Below, in pieces: positions 1 through 8,665 of a DNA stretch of 64,000 bases (positions within the stretch are counted from its first letter, which is position 1; each line of letters opens with the position of its first letter). The position numbers were made by a program, and so were the translations under genes. The notes beneath the pieces are model-generated. The model was not told the DNA's origin. It saw only the letters and a program-made list of their open reading frames with translations, and made no database searches. The stretch comes from Gammaproteobacteria bacterium (GTDB taxonomy: Bacteria > Pseudomonadota > Gammaproteobacteria > Steroidobacterales > GCA-2729495). The stretch is taken from contig VGVH01000002.1 in assembly GCA_016874095.1 (NCBI GenBank), positions 36,431-100,430 on the forward strand, written 5' to 3'.

Positions 1-211
1 CGTCGAATCCCACTTCGTCGTCCCAAGGCTCCTGGGTCACGACTTGACTACTCATGCTGCCGGAGTTGTCGTAGATGAACAGGATGTTCGGCCGGGCGCC
101 GGTTACAGCCGGATCGTTGGTGGCGAAGAAAATGTCCGTGTCATCGGCAAGCGCCGGAGAAACAGCGCCAGCGAAGAGCAGGATGGCCAGGTTCAGTTTC
201 ATGAATTTCAT
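1..211 (-). CDS. pilY1: Type IV pilus adhesin PilY1/PilC-like, 5' part only (runs off window)
   Basis: Manual translation MKFMKLNLAILLFAGAVSPALADDTDIFFATNDPAVTGARPNILFIYDNSGSM: signal peptide, DDTDIF and vWA-type NILFxxDNSGSM motif; GAGG RBS; follows the minor pilins. Confidence 0.8.
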   Translation of the reverse strand, partial: MKFMKLNLAILLFAGAVSPALADDTDIFFATNDPAVTGARPNILFIYDNSGSMSSQVVTQEPWDDEVGFD

Positions 212-236
212 GGTCCGATCCTCTGCGGCTTGAGCC

Positions 237-584
237 TTACTCAGCCGAAAGCACGACCCGCGTCACCAGCCGGGTCTTGATGTCGTAGAAGACGGTCAAC
301 AAACGGTCAGCGTTAAGCGCGCTTGCCTCGCGGAACTTGGCGAGAGTCACTTCGCCCGGACCACCGGCGCCGAGCATCCAGCGGGTTTGCCTCCCGGTCC
401 GCAGGGTAACGGATGCGCAACGGGGGCACTCCCGCACCGTGAGCAGGCCGGCCTGATCCGCCGGCAGGGAGACCAGCCTGGGACTCGTCTCATAGGCGTT
501 TTCGATATTGCGAAGGGCCGCTTCCGCGGTAAGCGCGTAAAGCGGCGCAATTGCGACAAGAACTGTACGGATGATTGCGTGCAC
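237..584 (-). CDS. Small secreted protein in minor pilin operon (PilY2-like size and context)
   Basis: 115 aa, GTG start, signal peptide ending A-E-A, CPRC motif, between pilX and pilY1. Confidence 0.6.
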   Translation of the reverse strand: MHAIIRTVLVAIAPLYALTAEAALRNIENAYETSPRLVSLPADQAGLLTVRECPRCASVTLRTGRQTRWMLGAGGPGEVTLAKFREASALNADRLLTVFYDIKTRLVTRVVLSAE

Positions 585-606
585 GACGTTGCTCCTTTGC
601 CCGCTC

Positions 607-1062
607 CTACAGGCAGCCGGGCCCCATCAACGAGAAGTCCTGCGTGTGCACGGATTGCGCCCCGCGCTCGGATACCCCGGTTGAAGTGATCTGGAAGTGA
701 TAGCTGGAATAAGTTTCCTCACCGATCCCCAGGCTCGCGCCGGCCGCGAGGCCACCACAGAGCTGGTATGCAGTCTCCGAATTGAACACGCCGACTTCGA
801 CGCCGTCGGTGGTGGCGACGATGGTCTCCGGGATGATCGTCGGCTCCATGTCGTTGAACGGCCCTGAGTTGATCGCGACCTCGATGCCGGTTTCGGCCAT
901 CTGGAACGCGGTCTCCGCGTACTGGAGGTTGCCGGCCATGCCGAGCCCAAGCGTTGCGCTCCCCATGGTCGATATACCGAGAACCGTGATGACGAGCAAC
1001 AGCACCAGCGCGATGATGAGCGTGGCGCCACGCTGCCTGGGATGGATAGCGTGTATGTTCAT
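607..1062 (-). CDS. pilX: Type IV minor pilin PilX
   Basis: RQRG|ATLIIALVLLLVITVLG prepilin N-terminus lacking Glu5; NLQYAETAFQMAETG motif; start reassigned to ATG at 1062. Confidence 0.88.
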   Translation of the reverse strand: MNIHAIHPRQRGATLIIALVLLLVITVLGISTMGSATLGLGMAGNLQYAETAFQMAETGIEVAINSGPFNDMEPTIIPETIVATTDGVEVGVFNSETAYQLCGGLAAGASLGIGEETYSSYHFQITSTGVSERGAQSVHTQDFSLMGPGCL

Positions 1063-1064
1063 GC

Positions 1065-2024
1065 TCAGCCCGGCCTCAGGTTTCTGAGAAGGATGGTCTT
1101 GTTGAAGAGCGAACGACGGAACCCGTCCGCCGGCGCGTAGTCGGCCACGTCGGCGTAGTTGTAGGTGGCACCGTCGACGAACCCGACTTCCCGGCGCTCT
1201 GCCCGGAACATGAGCCACATGCGGACGGCCATCACGGGGGTGCCGGCAACGAAGTCGGGATGGTCTGCCTCAAGGTATCTTTCGACGGTTCCATCGCCAT
1301 CGGTGTCGATGCCGAGCTGCACCTGCAGGTCCTCAACACCGGTGATGAGCTCCTGGTCGGTGACGACGCCGTTCTGCAGGACTTGCCGGCGCAGTGACGG
1401 CACGGTGGCGCCGAGTGAAGACGAGGACGCTACGTAGTAGTAGTTGGTGATCCAGTTGTAGGTGCAGCGGATCTGCGGAGAGGCGGGAGGTGCCGCGGGC
1501 ACTGGGCAGTCGACCGTGCCAGGTTCGGCACCGTCGTCGAACACGACGCTCTGGTAGCGGTCGCTCTGGATCTGGACGGTGCCCGCCACAGCGCCAACGG
1601 GAGCACCGCTCGCGTGGCGGACGACGAGTGTGTCAGTGCCGGCCAGGTAGTTGTCCTCGAAGGGATCGCAGGGCACAAGGTCGACGTAGCCGTCATTGGC
1701 TGCGGCCACCGGGTTCAGGACATCGAGAACTTCAGCGGATACATCCGTGGCGTCGTCGCAGGTGACGACCACGGCCGCCGGCACGCTCACCTGCGCGGCA
1801 ATGTTGTGCAGCCCCCACGAACCCGCCAGCCGGATGTCAGGCTCGATGGTCGCCATGGCAAAACGGGTGTTCTCCTGCATGCGGGACACCGCGTCGGTCG
1901 TGCGGTAGGTCGAACGGGTCTCGGCGAAGATCGACAGCACGCCTATGAGGAGCAACGAACCGATCAGGACCGAAACCATGACCTCGACGAGGCCGAATCC
2001 GCCATTGCGCCGATGCCGGGTCAC
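1065..2024 (-). CDS. pilW: Type IV minor pilin PilW
   Basis: G|FGLVEVMVS prepilin site, SRMQENTRFAM, ELITGVEDLQVQLGIDTDGDG and AVRMWLMFR motifs. Confidence 0.9.
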   Translation of the reverse strand: MTRHRRNGGFGLVEVMVSVLIGSLLLIGVLSIFAETRSTYRTTDAVSRMQENTRFAMATIEPDIRLAGSWGLHNIAAQVSVPAAVVVTCDDATDVSAEVLDVLNPVAAANDGYVDLVPCDPFEDNYLAGTDTLVVRHASGAPVGAVAGTVQIQSDRYQSVVFDDGAEPGTVDCPVPAAPPASPQIRCTYNWITNYYYVASSSSLGATVPSLRRQVLQNGVVTDQELITGVEDLQVQLGIDTDGDGTVERYLEADHPDFVAGTPVMAVRMWLMFRAERREVGFVDGATYNYADVADYAPADGFRRSLFNKTILLRNLRPG

Positions 2025-2491
2025 AGTTCTATCTCCAGGACATAGCGGCTGAGGTCGGTGGCGCCTGGCTCTACCCAGGAAAGTGCTATCGAATAACTCT
2101 GCACCTCGGGGACCGCGCCGGCGTCCACGTCGATCTCGGCGTCACCGCCTGGCAGCAGGCGACCGACTTCGGCACGCCACCAGGCGAGGTCGTCGGCTGC
2201 CAGTTCCTCCGGCGAGCAGTCCTCGTCGCCATTCACGCAGTCGTTGATCTCGTCGTCGCCGGCATAAGCCACGCCGGCGGCTGGATTGAGGCGTATTCGG
2301 TCGGCGAGGTCCGACGCGAGGGTGACGGCTGCCTGGCGGAAGGTCGACGTCCTGCTGGCGCGCAGCCCGTCCACGTACATGGCCGCCACGCCGAGCATGC
2401 CGACTGAGACCACGACCAGGGCGACTAGCGACTCGACCAGGGTCACACCGCGCTGAAACTCCCTGCTACGCACTGGCCCTCCTTCACGCAT
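2021..2491 (-). CDS. pilV: Type IV pilus modification protein PilV
   Basis: QRG|VTLVESLVALVVVSVGMLG; AVTLASDLADRIRLN motif; 4-nt overlap with pilW. Confidence 0.92.
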   Translation of the reverse strand: MREGGPVRSREFQRGVTLVESLVALVVVSVGMLGVAAMYVDGLRASRTSTFRQAAVTLASDLADRIRLNPAAGVAYAGDDEINDCVNGDEDCSPEELAADDLAWWRAEVGRLLPGGDAEIDVDAGAVPEVQSYSIALSWVEPGATDLSRYVLEIEL

Positions 2492-2494
2492 GGT

Positions 2495-3103
2495 TCAGCA
2501 GCCTCCCAGCAGGTTGCCCTGGATGGCTTCGCGGCTGCGATACAGCTGCGGCCGGCCGGTCGCGCCGATCTGTAGCCAGCGACCGGCAGCGATCTCGCCT
2601 TCGTCGGTCGTATTGCCCGTCGCGACATCGCCGCGATCGTCACAGAGCTGGATATTGGAAATCGCAGTGCCAGCAGCCGCCTGGCGCGGAAACCCGCTCG
2701 CGGCGAACTGGATGTACGGCAGGCTGTCGTCGTCGATCTGGAAGGTCACGCGATCCGGTACCGGACCATGGATTGACACGATGGTGTCGCCCGCATCGAC
2801 CCACACGTCACCATCGAGATCCGCGAAGATCAGCCAGCCGGCCGGACCGCCGGTGAGGTCACACTCCGGCGAGTCGGTATTCCAGTCGGCGGACGCGCAG
2901 ATAGAGACGATGGTCCGGCGCTTGACCGCCTCCGAGCGGGCCATGTGGATGCTGGTGACGAGGTCGTTGGTAGCCGCGGCCATGCGGTTGTTGGCGGTGA
3001 ACTGCGTGAACATGGGGATACCGACGCCGAGGAGGACGCCCGTGATTAACACGACCATCATCAGCTCAAGCAGGTTGAATCCCGCTTGTGTCAAACGCCG
3101 CAT
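2495..3103 (-). CDS. fimT: GspH/FimT/FimU family minor pilin
   Basis: QAG|FNLLELMMVV prepilin site; NDLVTSIHMARSEAVKR motif; start reassigned to ATG 3103 (AGGA RBS). Confidence 0.9.
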   Translation of the reverse strand: MRRLTQAGFNLLELMMVVLITGVLLGVGIPMFTQFTANNRMAAATNDLVTSIHMARSEAVKRRTIVSICASADWNTDSPECDLTGGPAGWLIFADLDGDVWVDAGDTIVSIHGPVPDRVTFQIDDDSLPYIQFAASGFPRQAAAGTAISNIQLCDDRGDVATGNTTDEGEIAAGRWLQIGATGRPQLYRSREAIQGNLLGGC

Positions 3104-3500
3104 ATTCCGTTCCTGGGTCGTCTCGCCGGCTCCAACAGCCAACACCGCCGCTCGCGGTCTTCCGTTGCGGAGCAAATGGTGCCGTTCCTCCACACCCGAA
3201 TCGCTGAGACGGATCGCCAGGAGCCGGGTTTCGAGCGTCGCGTTATTTTATCGAGGGCAGCTGGCCGCAACAATCCGTCAGGCGGATGGCGGCTTTCGCA
3301 CAGCAGGAATTCCTGCGTTTCACAGACGCCGATGAACGTAAGGCGGTCTAGCACGCAGCGATCACGGCAAGCAGCCATTTTGACACGCGTCACGCTTTCG
3401 AGATCGCTGACGCGAATCCGACGAGCGGCAGCACAGCATCGACTGACGGTAGGACGGATGAGGTTATGTAAGAGCCGGGTGTAGCGGCTTGCGCGACACG

Positions 3501-4163
3501 CTAGCCCCTGTAGTCGCCGACGAAGTCAGCGACGCCATTCGCCACGAACTGCACGCCGATGCACACCAGCAGGAATCCCATGACGCCCTTCAACGAGGCG
3601 ATGCCGTCCTGTCCCAGCAGGCGCAGCAGCCTGGGTGAGGCGCGCAGGATGAGCCACGCGGCGATGGCCACGGTGATCACGGCAGCAGCCTCGACGAGAT
3701 AACCGTTCATCCGGCTCGGCACGATGCCCGTCGCGGGAATCGTCGTGGAACTGGTGATGACGACGGACATGGAGCCGGGACCGGAGAGCGTCGGTATGGC
3801 CAGCGGCACCAGCGAGGGATCGAGCCGGTCGGAATGCGGGCTCTGCGGCTCCGCGGACGGTGCGTCCGCATAGGCGAACAGCAGCCTGAAGCCGAGAAAG
3901 GCGATGATCAGCCCGCCGGCGACGCGCAACGCGGCCAGCGAAATCGAGAAGAATTCCATCGCCAGAGCGCCGGTCACCAGGCACACCAGCAGAACGACCG
4001 CCGAGTTGCGGCCGGCGCGCCAGGCGATGGCCGCCTGCTCGGCTGGCGGATGCCCGGCGGTGAGCGCGAGAAAAACCGGCACCGCGGCCACCGGGTTCAT
4101 CATCGCGAACAGCGTGACGACACCCGACGCATACAGACCCAGCCAGTCCTTCAGGAATTCCAT
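3501..4163 (-). CDS. MarC/NAAT family membrane protein
   Basis: LFAMMNPVAAVPVF, LRVAGGLII, LVPLAIPTLSGPGS motifs; 6 hydrophobic segments. Confidence 0.9.
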   Translation of the reverse strand: MEFLKDWLGLYASGVVTLFAMMNPVAAVPVFLALTAGHPPAEQAAIAWRAGRNSAVVLLVCLVTGALAMEFFSISLAALRVAGGLIIAFLGFRLLFAYADAPSAEPQSPHSDRLDPSLVPLAIPTLSGPGSMSVVITSSTTIPATGIVPSRMNGYLVEAAAVITVAIAAWLILRASPRLLRLLGQDGIASLKGVMGFLLVCIGVQFVANGVADFVGDYRG

Positions 4164-4209
4164 CGGGGCACTTTAACTCCGCACCGGGGAATGGGGCTAG
4201 ACTGCGAAC

Positions 4210-4965
4210 ATGCTGTCGCGCCCGGCCAGGCTCTTCGCCGTTCTCGCCGCGTTCTTCCTCACGAACGCGATCATGGCGGAGTTCGTCGGTATCAAGATCT
4301 TCGCGCTCGAGCCCACGCTGGGATTTCCGCCGGTCAACTGGTCGCTGTTCGGGGTGTCCGGCACGCTCAATTTCACGGCGGGCGTGCTGCTCTGGCCGTT
4401 CGTGTTCGTGATGACGGACGTCATCAACGAATACTACGGGCGACGCGGCGTGCGATTCATATCCTGGCTGGCTGCCGGCCTGATCATCTATGCGTTCCTG
4501 TTCGCCTACCTGGCCATCGGCATCGAGCCGGCGGACTGGTGGATCACGTCCTATCAGACTCAGGGCATCGCGGATGCGCAGGCGGCATTTGCCGGGCTGT
4601 TCGGCCAGGGACTGTGGGTGATCGGCGGCTCGCTCACCGCGTTCATGATCGGCCAGCTGCTGGACGTGACGATCTACCACAGGATCCGGCGGGTGACCGG
4701 CGAGCGGCGCGTGTGGCTGCGGGCGACGGGGTCCACGCTGGTGTCGCAGTTCATCGACAGCTACGTGGTGCTCTATATCGCTTTCGTGCTCGGACCGCAG
4801 CAGTGGCCGATGTCGCAGTTCCTCGCCGTCGGCAGCGTGAACTACCTGTACAAGTTCTGCGCAGCGATCCTGATGACACCGCTGATCTATCTCGCCCATG
4901 CGCTGATCGACCGCTGGCTCGGGGCGGACGCCGAGCGCCTCAAGTCCGAGGCGAGCGCGGGTTGA
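4210..4965 (+). CDS. Queuosine precursor transporter (YhhQ/VUT family)
   Basis: LLWPFVFVMTDVINEYYGRR, GSLTAFMIGQLLDV, WLRATGSTLVSQFIDS motifs. Confidence 0.9.
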   Translation: MLSRPARLFAVLAAFFLTNAIMAEFVGIKIFALEPTLGFPPVNWSLFGVSGTLNFTAGVLLWPFVFVMTDVINEYYGRRGVRFISWLAAGLIIYAFLFAYLAIGIEPADWWITSYQTQGIADAQAAFAGLFGQGLWVIGGSLTAFMIGQLLDVTIYHRIRRVTGERRVWLRATGSTLVSQFIDSYVVLYIAFVLGPQQWPMSQFLAVGSVNYLYKFCAAILMTPLIYLAHALIDRWLGADAERLKSEASAG

Positions 4966-4981
4966 GGAGTCGGCGGGGAGA

Positions 4982-5311
4982 TCAGCGGCTGCGAGGCCGC
5001 GAGCAGACGACCGGTATGCCCTTGTGGCGGGCATAGGCCGTGGCGAGTTCCATCGCAGCGGCATGAGTGGTCAGTAGTCCGGCGAAAAGCCGCCGCAGGC
5101 TCATGACGCCGGTCGATTCGCTGCCGAAGTCGCGCACCCGCACCCGCTCGATGCGCGTGAACACACCGGTCTCGTCGTCGCCCGTGCAGGAAACGCGGAT
5201 GAAGTCGTCGCCGGCTTCACCGCAGTCGCGGTCGTCCATCAGCGTTACGGCGTTCACGTTGTCGGTCCCGGTTTTCGTCATGGCAGGGGAATACAGCAGG
5301 ACCCGTACCAT
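4982..5311 (-). CDS. Hypothetical small protein (start uncertain)
   Basis: 109 aa ORF filling the gap downstream of the NRPS-like gene; no recognisable motif. Confidence 0.5.
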   Translation of the reverse strand: MVRVLLYSPAMTKTGTDNVNAVTLMDDRDCGEAGDDFIRVSCTGDDETGVFTRIERVRVRDFGSESTGVMSLRRLFAGLLTTHAAAMELATAYARHKGIPVVCSRPRSR

Positions 5312-5377
5312 GCGACATAAGCGCAGGACGGTGGCGAAAACAGACGTGATTAAGTCCGCGGGCAGTGACGCGACACG

Positions 5378-8044
5378 TCACTTTGTGACGCTGAGTGCCG
5401 CATCCAGGTAGCTGCGCATGCGGGCCGCAAGGTCCGGCGCATGGGTCGTCAGGCACTCACGGTGGGAACCGGGCACGCGGTGGACTTCGAGATCGGTCGC
5501 GACAGGCGCCCAGCCTGCATCCCAGCCGCCGGGCGGGCGCTGGTCGATGTGCGAAGAGCGGAACAGCACGGTCTTGCCGTCGTAACGCTCCGGCACGAAC
5601 ACGGTGACGCGTGAGTGGTAAACGGGCCACAGACCGCCCTGCTCCGCCGCCGGATCGTCGGCAGCCTCGGCGGGTGCGCGGGCCGGCGCAGCGACGGCTT
5701 TAGGCCGTCGCGAAATCCGGCGGAATACCGCTCGCAGGAAACCGCCGATACCGCCGCCGGCCTCCTGCACGTCGGCGCGCAACCAGCGCAGCCGGCGGAA
5801 CAGCTCGAGCTCGGCCGATTGCGACAGCCCGAGGAACCGCGCCAGCCGGTGCGACAACCGCCAGGTCGGGCCCAGCGGCGCGTTGTAGGCCCGCGCATCG
5901 ACCATCAGCACGACGGGCACCTGCTCGCCGCGAGCTCGCAATCGCCGCGCCATTTCATAGACGATGAGGCCGCCGTTGCAGTAGCCGCCCAGCAGATACG
6001 GGCCTGAAGGCTGGATCTTCTTCATTTCGGCGATGAAGTCCTCGGCCATGTCCTGAAAGGAGATCGGCACCGGCCCGCCGTCGAGACCATGCGGCATCAG
6101 CGCATGGAACGTAAGGTCCGGACCAAGATGCTGCGCCAGACGCCGGCAATAGAAGCCACCGCTCTCGATGTCCGCGTGGGCGTAGAAAAACGGCTGCTGC
6201 GAGGTGCCGCGCTGTATCTCCACGATCCGCGCGCTCGGCTTGCCTTTGTCGGTCCGGATCAATTCGGCAACGAGACGTTCGATGGTGAGTCCCGGCAGTA
6301 TGTTGGCCGGAACGACGCGCTGGCCGCACTCCTGCTCGACGCGATGGAACATGCGATTGGCGAGCAGCGAATTGCCGCCGAGGTCGAAGAAATCGTCGTT
6401 GACGCCGAAGTCGGTGATACCGAGCTCTTCGGCCCACAGGTGATGCAGCTGGGTCTGCAGCAGCGTGCTGGGCATGACCCGATCGGCGCGGGCCGCAGGC
6501 TGTGCAGGCGGCGGCGGCAACGCCTTGCGATCGACCTTGCCACCGGGCGTGACGGGCAATGCTTCCATGAACACGAAGGCCGACGGAATCATGTAGTCGG
6601 GCAGATAGCCCGCCAGGAAGCCGCGCAGGCCCGGCACGGTGAGCGTCGCATCCGCCGACGGCACGATGTAGGCGACGATGCGCGGCTCGCCAGGTTCATC
6701 GTCGCGCGCGATCAGCGTTTGCTGTCGTACACCGGGCGCTTCCAGCAACGTCGCCTCGATCTCGGCAAGTTCGACCCGGTTGCCGCGGATCTTCAGGCAG
6801 AAGTCCTTGCGGCCCAGGTGCTCCAACTTTCCGTCCGGCCCGATCCGCCCGAGGTCCCCGGTGCGGAACAGCCGCCGGTCGCCGCCATCGGGATCAGGCA
6901 GGAAGTACTGGTCCGTCAGGGCCGGCTGCTGCCAGTAACCCCGGGCCAGCCAGGCGCTGCGGACGTAGATCTCGCCGACCTCGCCCGGTGGCACGGCCCG
7001 GCCTTCGTCATCCCTCAGCACGACTTCCACGTCGGGTAGCGGATAACCGACCGGCACCAGCCGCTCGTTCATCTGTTCATCGTGACGCAGGATGTTCTGC
7101 CGGATGGACCCCGCTTCGGTTGCCGACAGGGTGTTGACGAGAACGCAGCCGGGCGGAAATCGTTTCTGGAACCACTGGAAGTCGTGCCGAGCGATGGGCT
7201 CGCCGCCGAGTTGCACGACGCGCAATTTCGGGAAACTGCGGCCATCCGGCAACATCTCGCTGAAGTAGCGGAACACCGATGCGCTGGACGTATAGATGCT
7301 GATGTCGTTCTTGGCGAGCCAGTCGGCAAGGCCCGGCAGTCCATCCTCGCGGATGCGATAGGGAAAGAGCGCACAGCCGTTGACCAGCGCCTTCCATACG
7401 CCGGTCATGCACTGCGCCGAACTCCGCGCGCCGAGCAGCGTCAGGCGGTCGGCAGCGGTGATGTCCAGTGACGAGGTGTGCCGGAATTGCGTGTGCAGCA
7501 CGGCGCGATGCGAGTGCATGACGCCCTTGGGCTCTCCCGTCGAGCCGGAGGTGAAAAGCACTTGAGCCAGCGCGTCGGGATCCGTGGCGACGCCGGGATC
7601 GGTGTCCGGGTGGCCTGCGCCCGCTGCATCCACGTCGATGAGCGGCGCTGCCAGGTTCTCGAACTGACTGGTGATCCTGCCACTGGCAGCATCGGTCAGG
7701 ACTGCAACGGCACCGGATGAACGGACGATGCCGGCGAGCCTGCCTGGCGGGTGGCTGGCATCCAGCGGGATGTAGAACTTGCCCGCCTTCACGACTGCGA
7801 GCATGGCGATGACCAGGCGGATGTCGTCGCCAAGGAGCAGAGCCACCGGTTCCGACTGCGCTCCGCGCAACTTGAGCAGCGCGTGGGCCAGCCGGTTGGC
7901 GTCACGGTTCAGCTCGCCGTAGGTGATGCTGCGGAAACGGGTGCGCACGGCCAGCCGCCCGGCGCCCTCGCGCACCCGGGCCTCGACGGTTTCCGCCAGC
8001 GTGCGGGCGTAACCGGGAACGGGAGTCGGCGAAGAGGTTGGCAT
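5378..8044 (-). CDS. Stand-alone NRPS-like enzyme, adenylation-thiolation-thioesterase (A-T-TE)
   Basis: A3 FTSGSTGEPKG, A7 FRTGDLG, A8 GRKDFCLKIRGNRVELAEIE, A10 PVTPGGKVDR; T domain DFFDLGGNSLL (Ser at 6368-6370); TE GGYCNGG, D in MVDAR, H in VPGSH. Confidence 0.92.
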   Translation of the reverse strand: MPTSSPTPVPGYARTLAETVEARVREGAGRLAVRTRFRSITYGELNRDANRLAHALLKLRGAQSEPVALLLGDDIRLVIAMLAVVKAGKFYIPLDASHPPGRLAGIVRSSGAVAVLTDAASGRITSQFENLAAPLIDVDAAGAGHPDTDPGVATDPDALAQVLFTSGSTGEPKGVMHSHRAVLHTQFRHTSSLDITAADRLTLLGARSSAQCMTGVWKALVNGCALFPYRIREDGLPGLADWLAKNDISIYTSSASVFRYFSEMLPDGRSFPKLRVVQLGGEPIARHDFQWFQKRFPPGCVLVNTLSATEAGSIRQNILRHDEQMNERLVPVGYPLPDVEVVLRDDEGRAVPPGEVGEIYVRSAWLARGYWQQPALTDQYFLPDPDGGDRRLFRTGDLGRIGPDGKLEHLGRKDFCLKIRGNRVELAEIEATLLEAPGVRQQTLIARDDEPGEPRIVAYIVPSADATLTVPGLRGFLAGYLPDYMIPSAFVFMEALPVTPGGKVDRKALPPPPAQPAARADRVMPSTLLQTQLHHLWAEELGITDFGVNDDFFDLGGNSLLANRMFHRVEQECGQRVVPANILPGLTIERLVAELIRTDKGKPSARIVEIQRGTSQQPFFYAHADIESGGFYCRRLAQHLGPDLTFHALMPHGLDGGPVPISFQDMAEDFIAEMKKIQPSGPYLLGGYCNGGLIVYEMARRLRARGEQVPVVLMVDARAYNAPLGPTWRLSHRLARFLGLSQSAELELFRRLRWLRADVQEAGGGIGGFLRAVFRRISRRPKAVAAPARAPAEAADDPAAEQGGLWPVYHSRVTVFVPERYDGKTVLFRSSHIDQRPPGGWDAGWAPVATDLEVHRVPGSHRECLTTHAPDLAARMRSYLDAALSVTK

Positions 8045-8059
8045 TCGCCCGGGCCAGTC

Positions 8060-8476
8060 CTACGGCATGCGGATCTTGCCGCCGCCCGGCATGCCGCCGA
8101 GTCCGCCCATGCCGCCCAGCTGGCCACCGGCCCCCGCTTCAGGAACGATGATCGATGAGGCGGCCTCGCGACGCATTTCCTCGAGCCGCTCCATGGTTTC
8201 CTGCAGCGCTACTTTGGCGCCGTCGCCGAACTTGCTTGCCGCGTCCTCGAGGGAACTGGCGACGATCTCGAAACTGAGCGGCAGGGCGCCCGCGGCGGTC
8301 AGGATCTGGGTCTGGCCGACGTACAGTACCGGCCGGGCACCGTCCGTCTCGCCGGACCCCGTCACGGGCGTGAGGCGCTGGATGGTGCCGACGCGCCGGT
8401 CGGTGAAGATTTCCTCGCGGTAAAGGTCACCCGCGTTCATCTGCGGGTCGGCGCCGCGGCTGGCTCGATCGGACAT
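8060..8476 (-). CDS. Conserved hypothetical cytoplasmic protein
   Basis: LYREEIFTDRRVGTIQRLTPV...LPLSFEI...RREAASSIIVP pattern with Gly/Met-rich tail; strong codon bias. Confidence 0.75.
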   Translation of the reverse strand: MSDRASRGADPQMNAGDLYREEIFTDRRVGTIQRLTPVTGSGETDGARPVLYVGQTQILTAAGALPLSFEIVASSLEDAASKFGDGAKVALQETMERLEEMRREAASSIIVPEAGAGGQLGGMGGLGGMPGGGKIRMP

Positions 8477-8665
8477 GTCTTGACTGCCCCGGTGTGGCTG
8501 GATTGGTCGGCAAGGTTAGCATGCGGAGGCGCCGGCGGCCCTGCGTCCAAAGCGGCACCGGACGCGAATACCCGTCAGGCGGCGATCGCCTGCGACCTTG
8601 TTTGGCCGTGGCCGCTGCCATCGCCGATAATGCCTCGAAACGATCCGTCTCCGAGACAGAACAAC

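Noticed and set aside
3165-3185. Sigma-54-like CGGCACCATTTGC upstream of fimT
   Set aside because: GG-to-GC spacing is 8 nt rather than the required 10
4164-4209. Possible preQ1 riboswitch before the queuosine transporter
   Set aside because: Only 46 bp, with no preQ1 stem-loop or A-rich tail
3526-5064. 512-aa and 400-aa ORFs overlapping marC/yhhQ
   Set aside because: Arg/Pro-rich shadow frames without motifs
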